DNA of 63,813 nt, the filler included, from Piptocephalis cylindrospora (lineage: Eukaryota), in assembly GCA_003614145.1 (NCBI GenBank). It is 12 parts of 12 records of this genome, joined end to end, with 100 filler letters (N's around TTAATTAATTAA, not from the genome) between each part and the next. Parts side by side here need not be neighbours in the genome. Positions count along the whole stretch, not along the records: positions 5,377 to 10,638 come from KZ988409.1; positions 10,739 to 15,997 come from KZ988411.1; positions 16,098 to 21,244 come from KZ988412.1; positions 21,345 to 26,597 come from KZ988413.1; 8 more parts are not named here. One strand, written 5' to 3'. The position numbers and the translations under genes are program-made. The notes beneath the pieces are model-generated. The model saw nothing but the letters and a program-made list of their open reading frames with translations, had not been told where the DNA came from and made no database searches. Positions 9,540 to 22,708 of this stretch are shown here, piece after piece; position 1 is the stretch's first letter, and the number at the start of each line of letters is the position of its first letter.

Positions 9540-12011
9540 AGAGGGTGTCAAGGGACATGGATGATACAGTCGCCGTCCTTGGGGTTTCGGGGAGTGCCGA
9601 GAAGTAAGGTGGGAGGCAATTTGACCTCATCGATCCGTCCCATTGGTGTGCGCATATGTACTGCCCTTTAACGGCACATATTCTACAGTCGGGCATACAC
9701 ACATCCACCGACACAGATGGGGCACACATACACAGAGATGCCCACATACACTCATACTTTAAAAGCCCGCTCAACCCCTCCTCCCTCTCAGTCATAGTCC
9801 GCTTCGGCCAAAGCCAGTGTCAGGCAAGGGAAGCGGACCTGACGCGAGGAAGCTAAAATACTCTCGGGCTCTGGCATTGCTCCGGATGTGCATGACGATG
9901 AGAGTGGGGCGGCATACAAGGAGAGGCCAATGACGGTTCGATTGGAGTTTTGATGTAGGCTGACCAGATATTCCCTCTCCTTTCGCCGTCCATATCTTAC
10001 TGTGAAAGTCAGTCATATTGCATAGATCTGCCTTCCCTCTCCCCCTCCCCCTTTTCCCCGCCTGCCACTTTATCTCCCACCGATTCCCACTCATTCATTC
10101 ACACCTATGCACACCCACACACACACAATGTTGGAAACATTGATGACTTTATCCTCCCACCCCTCTATCCTAGTGCCAATGCTCTACCCCAATACCAATG
10201 CTCCGTGAATTGGGTGACCCAGTCTGAAAGTGGACAGAAGGACAAGGAAACAGTCGTTTGTCCTACCCACCCCCCACTCACTCGTCATTCACTCCACCAT
10301 CAGCCCAGCCCACACGCACAAGAGGGCTTTCCTGCTCCTCCACTCCTCAAACCCGCCCACCCTTTCCTCCTCCCTCCATCCCTTACTGGTCTGACGAATC
10401 CGTCGTGTGCGTGGCCTTCCATCCGCCGTATCAGGGTCGAAGAAGCGAGAATGAGGAGGTAGGGCTAATGTCCAGCATCTTTCGGTCCAAGACATAGGGT
10501 ATGGGCCCGCGTTGGATTGAGGTGCATCATTGGATGCACGCCGATATGGGAGGTGGGGGTGTGTGTGGCCATCCCCGTATGGGTGAGCGTATGTGTGCGT
10601 GTGCATGCCAACTTGAGGAATGGTCATGGAGATTGCATNNNNNNNNNNNNNNNNNNNNNNNNNNNNNNNNNNNNNNNNNNNNTTAATTAATTAANNNNNN
10701 NNNNNNNNNNNNNNNNNNNNNNNNNNNNNNNNNNNNNNTTTTGCATCAGTCTGAAGAATACATGTCAAATTTCCCTCCATTTTTCCATCCCCACCTCCCT
10801 CGCGAACCCTCCCCTGATTAAGATACCCTTTGATAAGAATTGATTCCAGTTAAGAACACGTCCCCAAGTCCCATTTTGCCGATCCAAGATTCCTCAAGAT
10901 AAAGAAAGCCAAACCCTGATTAAGATTTCCAAGACCAAATTTCAAGTCCTTTTAATTCCATCGTGAGATTCAGATCTCCATTTACAACACAACAATATAT
11001 TCAAAGAACGGTACTTGAAAGTATATTCTATGCGCCTTTCATCCTATTTTAATTATTAGTCAACGTCAATCCATCCTTTTAAGACGGATACTCCGCACGT
11101 TCATAATTATATCCCATAGCGTTCTTTTGTAATATCTCTGATGTCAACATACGCGCAGCACTTGAATTTGACTAAATAATTATCCATAACGTATATCCTT
11201 TCTTGCAATTAAGCAGAATTGACTCTACTTTTAAGACAATATGAATACATTAATGATGGCTTTGGTACTACGCATGCTGGCCTATTAGACGGTATATGTG
11301 TTCGGAAGCCTAATACCCTACCCCACTGAGGGAGAATCGACTGGTTTTATCATTATATTGTAACGACTGGGAAGTCGTTGTGCCTTCCGCGTAAAAGGAA
11401 TGCTTGTGAGAAGCCCTAGAAACAAAGGACAAGGACCAAAGGAAGAAAGGACGCCTCATGATCATAACAAAAGAGTCGACAGCACAAGGACACCCTAGCA
11501 TGGTCCTAAATATAGAGAATCACCCGCCTGGGTGATCCTCTATAAAATACTGGACTTTCGACTGACATTCCCAATACATTGGAAGACAAAGCCACTTTAA
11601 AGCTGAATTTACCCCTTTACTCGTTTACTACTACACTATTCATCCGGCCGAGACATCATGTGATATGCATTAATGATGATCCTCATCATCAAAGCCAATC
11701 CAAATGCTGATTTTACACAATTTGGGGGTGCTGCTCTTCAACGGATGTTTAGCCCAACTAACGGCAAAACCTGCCTCTCAAGTGCAATCACAAAATGACA
11801 CTATCCGCATGTTTCTATGGATGAGCAAGAGAAGCAAAGTTTGTTGTACCAGCCGATGACGTAATCCTTTAAAAGAGCGCTTCACCCACTCTTCCCAATC
11901 CAGAGTGTATGTCCTGGCCTCTTGAAGATTGTGTCTTGAACGCTTTTCAGCTGGGTACTTATTTAGACAAGCCAACGATTAGACAGGTGAAAAATGGTAA
12001 AAGCTAGTTCA

Positions 12012-13433
12012 TCATTTTATTGCTATGGTACAAGTGCTATCTAAAGCACCTCTCATTCCCAATCCCCCATTCAGACTTTCTTTATTCATCATCTTCTCGG
12101 TATCATTCTCTCCGTATCCTTGATCTCGCCCATAATGAGAGGATAGACAGGATATCTCGACTATTTCAGCAGAGGTAAGGTGTGCCTCCACCTCCCAGCC
12201 CCGTGCGGCAGCTTGACGAACCAGCCTCCTAAGGGTATCGGTGTCCCTCAGGGCAATGCATGCCTTGCACAGGATGGACCACCCGGAGGGGTCCTGAAAT
12301 TGCCGACCCACTCCCTGCCACACAACCTCCATATCTCGAACGGGAGATCCTATGATATGGAGGAGACGTAGCAGGAGATTGACGGAGGAGTAGTGAAGAG
12401 GGTGGCCGGCTCTGAGCATTTTTTGGTAGATTTCCCATACTCGTTTAGGCTCCTTTGCTCGCAACCAGGCATCCATGGCCAGGGTATAGTAATGGGAGTC
12501 GATAGAGTCTTTATCAAATTCCTCGATATCTTTCATAGTGGTTTCCACTAGCTGAGCGAAGGTCTGAGCAGAAAAATGGGGACGGGCATAAAGAAGAAGG
12601 ATATGCCGAGATATCGGATCTAAGGGAGCCCGCCGTAACCAGGAGAGGGAAGGGGGTATATGAGGTTGACCGATCGTGGGAGAAGATGGATTGGAGATGA
12701 GGTAGATCCACCGAAGCACCTTCTGTACCTCCGCAGTCCCTAGCCTTCCTCGCATTCTGAGGATACTCAAAATCCCGTTGATTTCCTCGATCAAATAATC
12801 CTCTTTTTCCAATCTCTTCTTGGACTTTCCCTTCCAAGGAGTGTTTTTTGACGTAAGAAGGGGATTAGAGGACAAAAGTAGTCGATCCAGAAGGTGACGA
12901 AGGAACAAGGAAGGGATATGTCTCTCAAGACCATGTTGTCTGATGAAATGGAAGGTCGTAAGAAGATGGTGTAATGGACCTGCCCTGGAGAGCTGAGCGT
13001 AGAATTGCCGTAATATTAGATGCTGTGATCTCGATCCCTGGGATTGTCGATCTGGATCTATCATTTCCGAGGAGGGCGGGTCTCTACCGCGGCCCCGCCC
13101 TCGTTCAGATAACCTTTCCATAGCACTTTTCTGTCTTTCCTTTGCCGCAGAAAGGATAGATGATACAGTTTGAGCTACTGGAGTTACATCGGTGCTCCTA
13201 GAAGGACGTGTACCGGGGATCATGATCCTGTGGGTCCTTTTGAATATCCCCCCCTTCTTTTTATGTTCGAATGCCTTCCCTACCGTATGGGTACTGCAGG
13301 TTCGGTGATACTCATCTCTAGAAGGTCTTTCTTGGGAATGAGCATGGCTCTTGCTCTTTTTCATCCGTGAAGTCTGGTCAAAGAAACCCCCGGGCCGAGA
13401 CAGGAGCATGGTTGAGAAAAGCCGATAGTGCAT
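12012..13433 (-). CDS. Pentatricopeptide-repeat-like protein, probably mitochondrial
   Basis: PPR-like helical hairpins HYYTLAMDAWLRAKEPKRVWEIYQKMLRAGHPL and GWSILCKACIALRDTDTLRRLVRQAAARGW; basic N-terminus. Start codon uncertain. Confidence 0.6.
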   Translation of the reverse strand: MHYRLFSTMLLSRPGGFFDQTSRMKKSKSHAHSQERPSRDEYHRTCSTHTVGKAFEHKKKGGIFKRTHRIMIPGTRPSRSTDVTPVAQTVSSILSAAKERQKSAMERLSERGRGRGRDPPSSEMIDPDRQSQGSRSQHLILRQFYAQLSRAGPLHHLLTTFHFIRQHGLERHIPSLFLRHLLDRLLLSSNPLLTSKNTPWKGKSKKRLEKEDYLIEEINGILSILRMRGRLGTAEVQKVLRWIYLISNPSSPTIGQPHIPPSLSWLRRAPLDPISRHILLLYARPHFSAQTFAQLVETTMKDIEEFDKDSIDSHYYTLAMDAWLRAKEPKRVWEIYQKMLRAGHPLHYSSVNLLLRLLHIIGSPVRDMEVVWQGVGRQFQDPSGWSILCKACIALRDTDTLRRLVRQAAARGWEVEAHLTSAEIVEISCLSSHYGRDQGYGENDTEKMMNKESLNGGLGMRGALDSTCTIAIK

Positions 13434-14726
13434 AAGAGAAAAGAGGGATGGAGGTCTGGGAAGAAGGAAGATGGGGAGGATGGGTGTCCGTACAAAAGTC
13501 CTGATGGGTGCTCGCATCCTATGGCCTTGGGAGCAGCCCTCAGGTCCTGTGGATTGAGCCGAGCGCGTGGGACGAGTCAACGGACGAGCGCAGCGTGACA
13601 AAGGAGGGAGACTGGTTTGGCGCGTCGAGGCTCTTCTAACGAATGTTGGAATGATGGTTGGGCAGAGGGGGATGAAGGAGGAGCTGTGGGTTTGTTTGGC
13701 ATGAAGTACCTGACCGTATTCCTAGCTGAGGACAACTTACGACTCGAAGGCCTTTGGCGCCTCTAGCATGGGCGGGGGGTGGTCAAATTCACTGTGGTAA
13801 AGGTACACTGTTCAAGGAGTGGTCTTCACACCTGCCCTGTCTCATGCTTTTTACCCTGTCAAAAACGTCAAAATTCTATTGAACTTTGGGCCATTGGCTG
13901 TTCAAATGAGAATATTTTTGAGCTTAACCTGTGAAGAGATTGGAAAAAAAGGGAAGGTGTAATTTTCCTCAATACATTTCGCTGTTTACTACTACTACTA
14001 TATTTTGTGCAGAGCTAAGCTATACCCGAAACCGAAGTCCAATAAGCCTTATTCGATTGATAATACGACGCTCAAGAATACCAAAGTAAAAGTAAATAGA
14101 CATATCCATGAAGTGTCTGGCAAGGATTAGGCTTATATACAGCGTCAGATATATGAACTGAGCTTTACCACCTTGGTTGAAAGTATTTTAAACGATCCAA
14201 GCCTTTCCACAAGGCCATCTATCTTCGCTTTTTCCACACTCCGATCGGAGCGGTACACCAGCAAATAATTCATTTTTTTCCACGAAATTCCCAAGATGGC
14301 TTCAGGTCGCCTGTCATCGGCGGAGGAGGAGCGAGCGGCAACGCATCAAGCCCGATGAATCAGTCTGACCCATCGATATCAGGTGGCTAAGCTCTTACCA
14401 CCAATGGGATACGCTGCTCACCCAACCTGAAAGGATGGTAATCATACTCCGAACATCAAATTTCAAAGTCCCCTCACCAAGGCCTGCGCGCAGCCAAGGG
14501 CATTGCACCCATGCGTCCTCCCCTGACTCATCCAAGGTTGTGTCCATTGTGGTGGATGGAGTAAGATGATGATTGAGGCGCATCGTATCCTCCGTGACGC
14601 ACCCTTGTCTCCTCTACAGTATATCACCCATCGCCAGTCGCTCTCTCCGCCCTCTCCACGACTCCGGCTTCCCTCCTCCTTCCTCCTCACTTCTCCTCCC
14701 ATCTCCCTTCCCCTCCCAACTTGGCA

Positions 14727-15997
14727 TGTCTCATCATCGTACATCTGTCAACCTGGAGATGCAGGATGCTCTGAGAGCACAGGAGGAGGCGGGTGCAGCA
14801 TCCGTCGTTTCCCCTACCTTCATCTCTCCATCGTTCCTCTCACCTCAGCATCGTTTGATGACTGAGCCCACGGCTGGCCTTAACGGCCCTGTTGACCTAA
14901 GCGGGCTTTTTACCCGGCAGCTCTCAGGGCTAGGAGACGAGGAGGTCTTTTTGAATGAGACGACCCATTTCACCGATGACCAGGGAGAGAACGATATGAC
15001 TGGGGTTGAGGTGGCCAATGACGATGAGGACGAAAATGATCCTAATGGCCTTTCCTCTCTCCCTATTTATCCGATCGATCATTTGATCCAATGCCGATCT
15101 GGGCCCATGATGTATCGAACCCACTCTCAGGGGTCCAGGGCCACTGAAACCTCTCCTTCCATTGCCTCTCCTCGACCCCATATTGCTTGTTTGATTGATT
15201 ACACTCGGCCTGCATCTTCCGTCTCCACTCCAACAAGGAATTCTTCCCTCCAAGAAGATGGGGTTATACTGCGACCGGCAAGCACTAGTGGCATTGGAGG
15301 AACTCCACTCTTCTCCTCTTCCTTGGCGTCGGGCACCTTGACTCCCCGTGCCAGTCGTGGGCTCCAGCAACCTCGCTCAGCGACCCCTAGCGGGCGTGGG
15401 AAGCTTAGGTACCCACATATCTCCGGGGAGGTCCCCATGCTGGCATTATCTGAGTACAGGGATTACTGTTTGAGGAGCGGAAAAATCCCCAGTGATGGGA
15501 GCCGGCCTATTCAGCAAACTCAAGAGGTCTCGGCCTGCGCAACATCCCGTGCTCCTGGATTCCGTTCTCCCCGATCCTTTTTTCACTTTTCCTCCCCACC
15601 CCGTCGAAGTCAGTCTGGACGTAGCGATACCAGCGTTGATGGTTGTCTGGACTCTTGGGGGATCTGGGAAGATCCATCCCTTGTTGGTGGTGCCCGTCTT
15701 CTCGCCTCTCCTGACTATCTCCGCACGAGTAAGCGCCCTCGTCATGACCTGTAACGGTGGTTGCTCTTTCAAGTACCGCCGCCCCTTGATAAGAAGTGTC
15801 TTTTTCCCCATACCTCCAGATGTACCAGACCCTTCTTGGCCCATATTTGTAATGCATCTTGAGGAAAGCCGACTTTTCGTTCGTCCGTTATACTCTCTCT
15901 AAAAGAAATACCGGAGTTTCCTTGCCTATTCCCCCCCTTCCTTCTCCTCCACCATTTACTATCCAGGGTTGATCGACATCCAGAAAGAGCTGCATAC
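14727..15997 (+). CDS. Ser/Pro-rich hypothetical protein, probably 3'-truncated (weak Cables-like similarity in the last segment)
   Basis: Open frame 14727-15754 with a GTAAGC donor near 15729. A terminal segment 15906-15997 reads KYRSFLAYSPPSFSSTIYYPGLIDIQKELH. The splice path between them is unresolved. Confidence 0.45.
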
Positions 15998-16145
15998 NNN
16001 NNNNNNNNNNNNNNNNNNNNNNNNNNNNNNNNNNNNNNNNNTTAATTAATTAANNNNNNNNNNNNNNNNNNNNNNNNNNNNNNNNNNNNNNNNNNNNTGT
16101 GAGTAAATGAAAAACAAAAATATAGTACATATGCAAGGAAATTAC

Positions 16146-19100
16146 CTTCATAGGAGGAGGGAATGGCTTGGGATCACGACCAAGGATGAAACCAAAATCA
16201 ATATGAAAGAGATGGCCTGGTGGATGGGAATGAAATGAGCTTTTGGGGACAAAAGGACCCCCTCCCTCCACTCCCCTCTAAAAGCTACCTTCTTGAGTGA
16301 TTAATAGGTTGTCCAAATGACGATCCCCTACGCCAAGGAGGTAGGTAATAACACAATAACCAGCGCAGCTCTTGACGTAATTATCCATAACCGAGGGACT
16401 AACTCCATATGAGTCCATTGAAGAAGGATCTGGATTGAACTTGCGAAAGTAAGCCAGCAGCCCTCCTTCATGGACCGACAAAATTTCCGCTAAAGAAGCT
16501 GAAGGGATCATCTGGACCAGCCCTGGATGATAGAGAGGCATCGAGCATTAGCAATGCATCAATACGCTCTACTTTCCCATCCCTACCCACAGACGACCTA
16601 CCTTGTTCAGGTCCAGTAGCAAGGACCTTGTAAGGGGTAAGCTTCAAGTCTAGATTCTCCTTTCGTAGCAACATATCCATCAGAGTGATCATCTGAATGA
16701 TCAGTTGGTCCTGCCGTAGGTCATCCCCGGCCTTAAAGATGGTCCGGTAAAGGCGACCATTCGCGCAGGAAAAAGCTACATTCAAGGGGCTTTGGCTACT
16801 CTTGAAGATCCTGGATTGCTCTAGATGAGAAGAATAGGATGAGAAGTGGATATTCCTTATTCTAGCTTATATCCCCAAGTTACCAGGAACAATGCCAGTC
16901 ACACGGATCTTTGGATCCATGGGCAAAGGTAGCTCTTCAAAATTGGTCATTTGTCTGGCAGGATCCGTAATCCTTTGTCTAAAGATCTCCTCCTACCATG
17001 GCATAGTTTCATAGGGGGGATAAGTTGACGGAAAGGTACATCACATAGGGCCATCGTTCATTCCCTGCTTCTTACCTTTCGAGGTCGGGTATCCTTAGAC
17101 AGCTGTAATTCCTTGGCCGTACGCCCAAGCCAATGAACTAATCTTCCTTGTCGCTTAAAAACGTCCTTTCGGTCGGGATGGACCCTCTCCTATGAGGATG
17201 AGGAATAGTATGAGTGATTGGATGCGATGATATATCCTTCATGCTTTTCTACGTACCAAAGCCGTAAGATACTGTTGGATCACCTTGGTATAGGTGCCTC
17301 CCGATAAGGGATCCTCACATTCCACCTTGAGGTACCTAACATTATCTCGTGGAAAGATGGTTAGCATTTAGCCTCTTATTCTTAAACAGTGATGCAAGCA
17401 CATCAAAGAATCGAACGCACCAGTAAAAGTAATTTCCAAGAGTTGGGTTAGTGATAGATCGACGGATGAGGAAATCGGCAAGAATGGAGGAAGAATGCTG
17501 GGTTGATCTAGGGGTGAAGGAAAGAGAGGAGGGGGATGTGGCTTCCACCTGCACTTCAGGTACAGGTTGGGGGCTCGGCATTGTGGGATTCGTTCCAACT
17601 CTGGGACTCCCAAGAGAATCTTCCTTTCGACTCATTCCTTCAAATTTTAAGGCCTGCACCAGCTGTAAAAGATAAAGTTGAAGTTCCTAGGATCATACAT
17701 GACAAGGGCGTTTAGTATAGAAAGTATCATCTTCAGCATTAAAAAAAGACTTCTTTCCTCTTCCTTCTTCCCTCACCTCTCATCTCTTACCTCATCCCCA
17801 GCTCGTTCGAGTTGGGCAACGGCATAGGCCCTTACTTCTCGATGACGGAAAAAGGGACCTAGAAGCTCAAGAGCATCATCGACATCGGGATGCTCCCATT
17901 CGGGAAGTAGCTCTACGGCCTGTCGAGCATCATTGGGATCGGTCCAAACAACGCATTTGAGGTACTTGGTTAGGGCCTTTTTATCTCGAGTAAGATAAAA
18001 GCGAAACTTCCAAAGAAGATCCTTTTCCTCGGACCCCAAGGCCTGAGTGGGGGGATACCTTAGGATTGCCTATGGGAAGATGGGATGAGAAAGGATGGTA
18101 TCCAGAGGATAAGTGGATGTGACCCCATTTTCTCCCTTCTCATGCACCAATGATAATGACCTCCACCTACTTGTAAATCATCCCGAATCCGGGCATTTGG
18201 CTTTAATTCCCGATCCAAATGGCCTGCCCGATGGGACCTGACCAAACGACGATGCTTGGCCTCCACAGGGTTTTCCATTTCCTGATCCGGGTCATACACG
18301 CGCATCATGGGATGGTCCGAACGATTTCCGGCGATGGATTCAGAGTGAACGACGGTAAAGTCAAACTTTTGCAACTCAATGTACAGGTAGGATTCTTTGG
18401 ACCGAGAAGAGGCTTTCTATCAAAGGAAAAGGCAGATATGATGATAATTAAGAGAATGGGAGGGGATGATTAATGAAATATTATTTACCTGATGCTCTCG
18501 GCCAATCTCGCGAAACGCAAGGTTATCCAACCAATCCACCCGTGCGACTTCTCCCGAATCATGCTTCTTCACCAACTTTACTCCATTCCGCCATATGAAG
18601 AGTAAGAGGGGGAGGTGAGCGATGAGATATGCTGATCTGATGACCTTGAAGAGAAACATGGCTCATTTCCCAGCGCTCTCACCTTCTCAATCATATCCAT
18701 GCCATTTTTCATCAAGCTCTTCCCAGGAGTCGTGGAGGAGATGGAACCATCTGGGACCTCATTAGGCCATAAGCGTAGCTTTTGTGAGCCTCTTCGGAAG
18801 ACACTATGATGGGTGAAGAGAGGAAGGGTGGTGGAGGCCGAGGGCTTTCGAGGATCAGCCTGAGAGGAGAGTGGATCAGGGCGCATGTCATCCTGAACAC
18901 CCCAGACGCTAAAGACCAAAGAGGCATCCCTTGGGATATCCCGGTACTTGATGGGGAGGATGAGCCATTCATTCCAGGTCAATCGAACACGGCCATCCCG
19001 GTATGCCGTACGGACTGGTAGGGTGAGGGGCTCCCCCCAGCCATTGGTGAGTTGGACGGAGACGTAAAAGTTGCAATCATCTGGAACTTCACTGTGGGTG

Positions 19101-19428
19101 TATTTAGGATATGGGCCGTAAGCTTTTAGGAAAAGGGAATGGTGGGTTCGTGCTCTACTCACCTAGCTTGTGTCTCGAAAGGGAGGATCCTCGGGTGGAC
19201 GGGGCGATAGAGACGGTACCAACCCTCCAAGGATGTACTAAGTGAGGTAGAGAGTGGGATTGAGGATAAGGACAAGGACAGTTTTGAGTGAGATCAAGTG
19301 ATTATCTTCCCCCCTCTCCCTCTCTCTCTCTCTCCGTCTTGAGCTTACATGCGCACCGATAGAGGTAGGTTGATATCGCCAATAAGGCAATAGGAAAAGT
19401 CCTTAAAATGAGCTTCTCCGTACTCCAT
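16146..19428 (-). CDS. VPS34: Class III phosphatidylinositol 3-kinase Vps34, multi-exon, 3'-truncated
   Basis: ATG 19428 ([15 protein letters not shown]). C2 domain [15 protein letters not shown], helical domain [12 protein letters not shown], kinase motifs [21 protein letters not shown] and [14 protein letters not shown]. Many short GT-AG introns. Confidence 0.97.
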
Positions 19429-20946
19429 GGTGTGTCGTAGATGGAAGGCTAAGGGCTAGTTTTAGTAGGAGAGCGAGAGCCTTTGTCTTACTCTCAGGAC
19501 CAGGAAGATAAAGGAAGGCGCGACGGAGCGTAGGAAATATGAAGAAGGAACTGACGTTGACAGAGATATTCGTCGTCCTAAGCGGAGCTTTACTCAAAGA
19601 ATGCACCTGTCCCCACACGCAACGACGGAGTAAAGACCTGTTGTGGGGCATAAGCATGGTATAAAATTGTAACAGAGATTCGTAGATCTCTAATGACACT
19701 GTAGTTGTCTGTCTACTCATTCACTTGATATGATACATACATGAATAAAAAGCTCTGCTCCTAGCACACGTATCCACTTATCTTTTTAGGTAAAAAGGCG
19801 CATATGAATGGGTAACTGTTATATATAAAAAGCACTACAACACATTATTGCAAATTTCCACGCATTGTACACAGATCTTCTGGGTACCATGGGTATGCTC
19901 AACCCGCTGTTCACATTGATACCAGAGCAAAGCATGGAGCCCAACAACCGACAACCTAGCACCCAGATAGAGGGATATAATTTTAATTCTTGTTCAATAT
20001 GTGTGTCTTTTTTGTGTGTTCTTACTTTCCTCTTTAATTTAATTTTTTGGTAGGGGCTTCAACATTCAGTCTTTATTTTATTTGCATGTACACTAATGCG
20101 TATCAACTCAAGAGTCATTTTTTATCCTAACACACCAAGCGATCAGTGTCATCCTTATGATATTGCCGCCCACAATCTCTTACATAAATTATATAGTCCG
20201 TGTCCTTATGATCTATGGGGAATGAAGACCGATACTCAATTCATCCTTTGACCGTTTGACGGACCGGGTCAACTGCATGTCCCAAAGTCATCTCGCATCC
20301 TCTAGATGTCATCCCCCCTTCTTACTAGAGATCAATAATCCATCTCACATCTTCAAGGATCCTTCCTCTATATCCCAAGATGATACGACAGGACCCAATG
20401 GTGGAGTATCTTTGCCATAAGGACAGCACGCCATCAGCCCTGCACTAGTGAATCTGGATGAAGGGTTCTGTAAGATTGGTCAATTTACAATTCCCAATAT
20501 CAACTCCGCTTATGCCTCTCACTTCACTATGTGCACACAGTGTCATTCAGTAAGGCAAAAGGTGACCATGTGAGTGTGAGAGGAAGGCCCTCACTATTAT
20601 CTACTCTCCTAAACACAGTCTCACCCCCCACATAGCCTGAGTAGAGAAAGAGCTCCGAGGAGGGGGGGATCCGTCCATTCAGGAATCCCAGAGGATTATG
20701 GCACAATTGGGACTGGTGGGGAAGGGCCCTTGGTCTCCCGGAGAGGATGAGGTGAAGCTTAGCAGGGAAGATAGAAGATATCATATCCGCTCGACTCCCG
20801 AATATCCATGTCCTGGCCCGGAGGAAGTAGATTTCAGCTTCTATAAAGTCAGGGTGGAATATAGGGGTCTAGGGGAGGGCTGGCCACCTACCCGTCTTCT
20901 CTTACGCCCAAAAGACTATTTCTTCTCCCTAGCACCCATAGCAAGC

Positions 20947-21184
20947 ATGACACATCCAAGTCCCACCACCTCTGCTCCACCCACCCCGGAACCCGGGACG
21001 ACCAAGGAATTTCGCAAGGCCACCGATTTTGTTCTGACGGATCATGGAGAAAATGGGATCCTTGATCCCTACCGCGCATCCTCCCTTCCTATCTACCAGA
21101 CCGCCACCTTCAAGCAAGTCTCTGCCACGGAGGGAGGCGCATACGATTACACACGATCAGGCAATCCTACACGGTCTCATGTCG
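20947..21184 (+). CDS. STR3: Cystathionine beta-lyase (Cys/Met PLP-dependent family), first exon only
   Basis: DPYRASSLPIYQTATFKQ...YDYTRSGNPTRSHV, then a GTGAGT donor at 21185 and the contig end. Confidence 0.8.
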
Positions 21185-21344
21185 GTGAGTGTGAATTCAT
21201 CTAGATGTACAATCATCTGCCCTCCCTGCCCCATCGTACTCACCNNNNNNNNNNNNNNNNNNNNNNNNNNNNNNNNNNNNNNNNNNNNTTAATTAATTAA
21301 NNNNNNNNNNNNNNNNNNNNNNNNNNNNNNNNNNNNNNNNNNNN

Positions 21345-21689
21345 AAGGGCGTGGCGGCGGCAGGCTTGGCCACAGAGGAGCCCCTTAGAAAGGACAAATT
21401 TGTGTACACTCGGTACCGACCTGGACAGGCCTGGAGCCTGGACCTGGGCATTCCGGATACATACCAGGCCGTGAGGGTGGGGCAGGGCTTGTGTCTGGCT
21501 GGGCCCGATAAGCTGACTGAGGACTCCATAAGCCAGGTCACTTCTTGTCCGCCCGGGGTCCAGGTGGCCCCTAAGGCTTTATGGAAGGTTGGGTCCGCGG
21601 GGAACAAGACGGCCACCGTAGTAGTAAAGGATACGGCGTCGATACAAAGGATAAAAGGGGTGAGAGACGATAAAGGAAGAAAGCGATGA
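21345..21689 (+). CDS. 3' fragment of an unknown protein, possibly with a ricin-B-like repeat
   Basis: Open from the contig start. VRVGQGLCL...QVTSC...ALWKV resembles one beta-trefoil GxCL..C..W unit. Confidence 0.35.
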   Translation, partial: KGVAAAGLATEEPLRKDKFVYTRYRPGQAWSLDLGIPDTYQAVRVGQGLCLAGPDKLTEDSISQVTSCPPGVQVAPKALWKVGSAGNKTATVVVKDTASIQRIKGVRDDKGRKR

Positions 21690-22708
21690 GAGAGAGAGTA
21701 GGATGCAAGTAGGGAAATATAAAAGATGGCTAGGGAAAAACACAGGGCAGGAAGGAAGTGGTAGTTGTCGGAGTCTCTCTCTCATACCCTTTTATCACTT
21801 TGCTGTGGGAGTGTGGGAGTGAAAGAGCGTCTCAGTGCGCACAGTACACACAGATTGAGAAGAGGCTAAGGAGGGGGGAACCGCTAGCTTTAAGAGGGAA
21901 GGAGGGAAGGGAGGAGGGGCCACAGAGCGATGAGAGGCGGTCCTTGGCGTCTTTTGTAGGCAAGGGACGTCTGGCCTCACAAGGCTGCAGTGGGATGATG
22001 AGGGGCTGCTGCTGTTGCTGCTAAAGCAAGCGTGTGGCAGTGGGAAAGAGTAGGAGAGAAGGGGGTTGCTGTGCGGAGTGAGGTGCAGGGTGATGTTCGT
22101 ATGAAAGAATTACCTGGGCGGAGATGGAGGGGATGAAGGAGAATAGAGGAGCGTCGGAGTAGATGGGAAGCGGTCATGGAACTCCGAGCCGAGTCAAATG
22201 ACTGGTGAGTATGAATCCTACTCTGATAAAGCCTGTTCATTGGTGCTACAGGGCCGCCATGGAGAATGATTGCGTCTCAAGCGTTTCATAATTAGGCTAG
22301 TGTTCTGACCTCGGAGGATGTAGCGATAGTGGTAAGGAAGAGAGAGAGAGAGAGGCAGCAAAAGAGTAAATGATAGACAAACAGGCCTTAACGATGTAGA
22401 TATACGGGGTCCTTTTACTACACATCATACGGCCTATAGGGTAATATCTTACCATCGCTAGCAGGGCAACTCAGGGGGGAGGAGGGCAAGGGAAAATGTT
22501 TCTACCATTCATGTATGACATGGCCTTCATGACCTCGCTTTACTTCCCTAGCATGGATATAAAGCTACCCTTGAAACCCTCAGGGCTCATTCTCCCTGAA
22601 GGGGGGCCATCCGGTTTCCATCTCTTGACTGCTACTCCTCTAACTACCGCTACCACTATCACTACCACTACCACCACCACTACTTTTACCCCTATTCATC
22701 CTCAAAGG

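Noticed and set aside
11241..11980. AT-rich stretch with a signal-like start (MNTLMMALVLRMLAY*) and broken frames
   Set aside because: Multiple stops and no recognisable homology; a pseudogene call cannot be supported.
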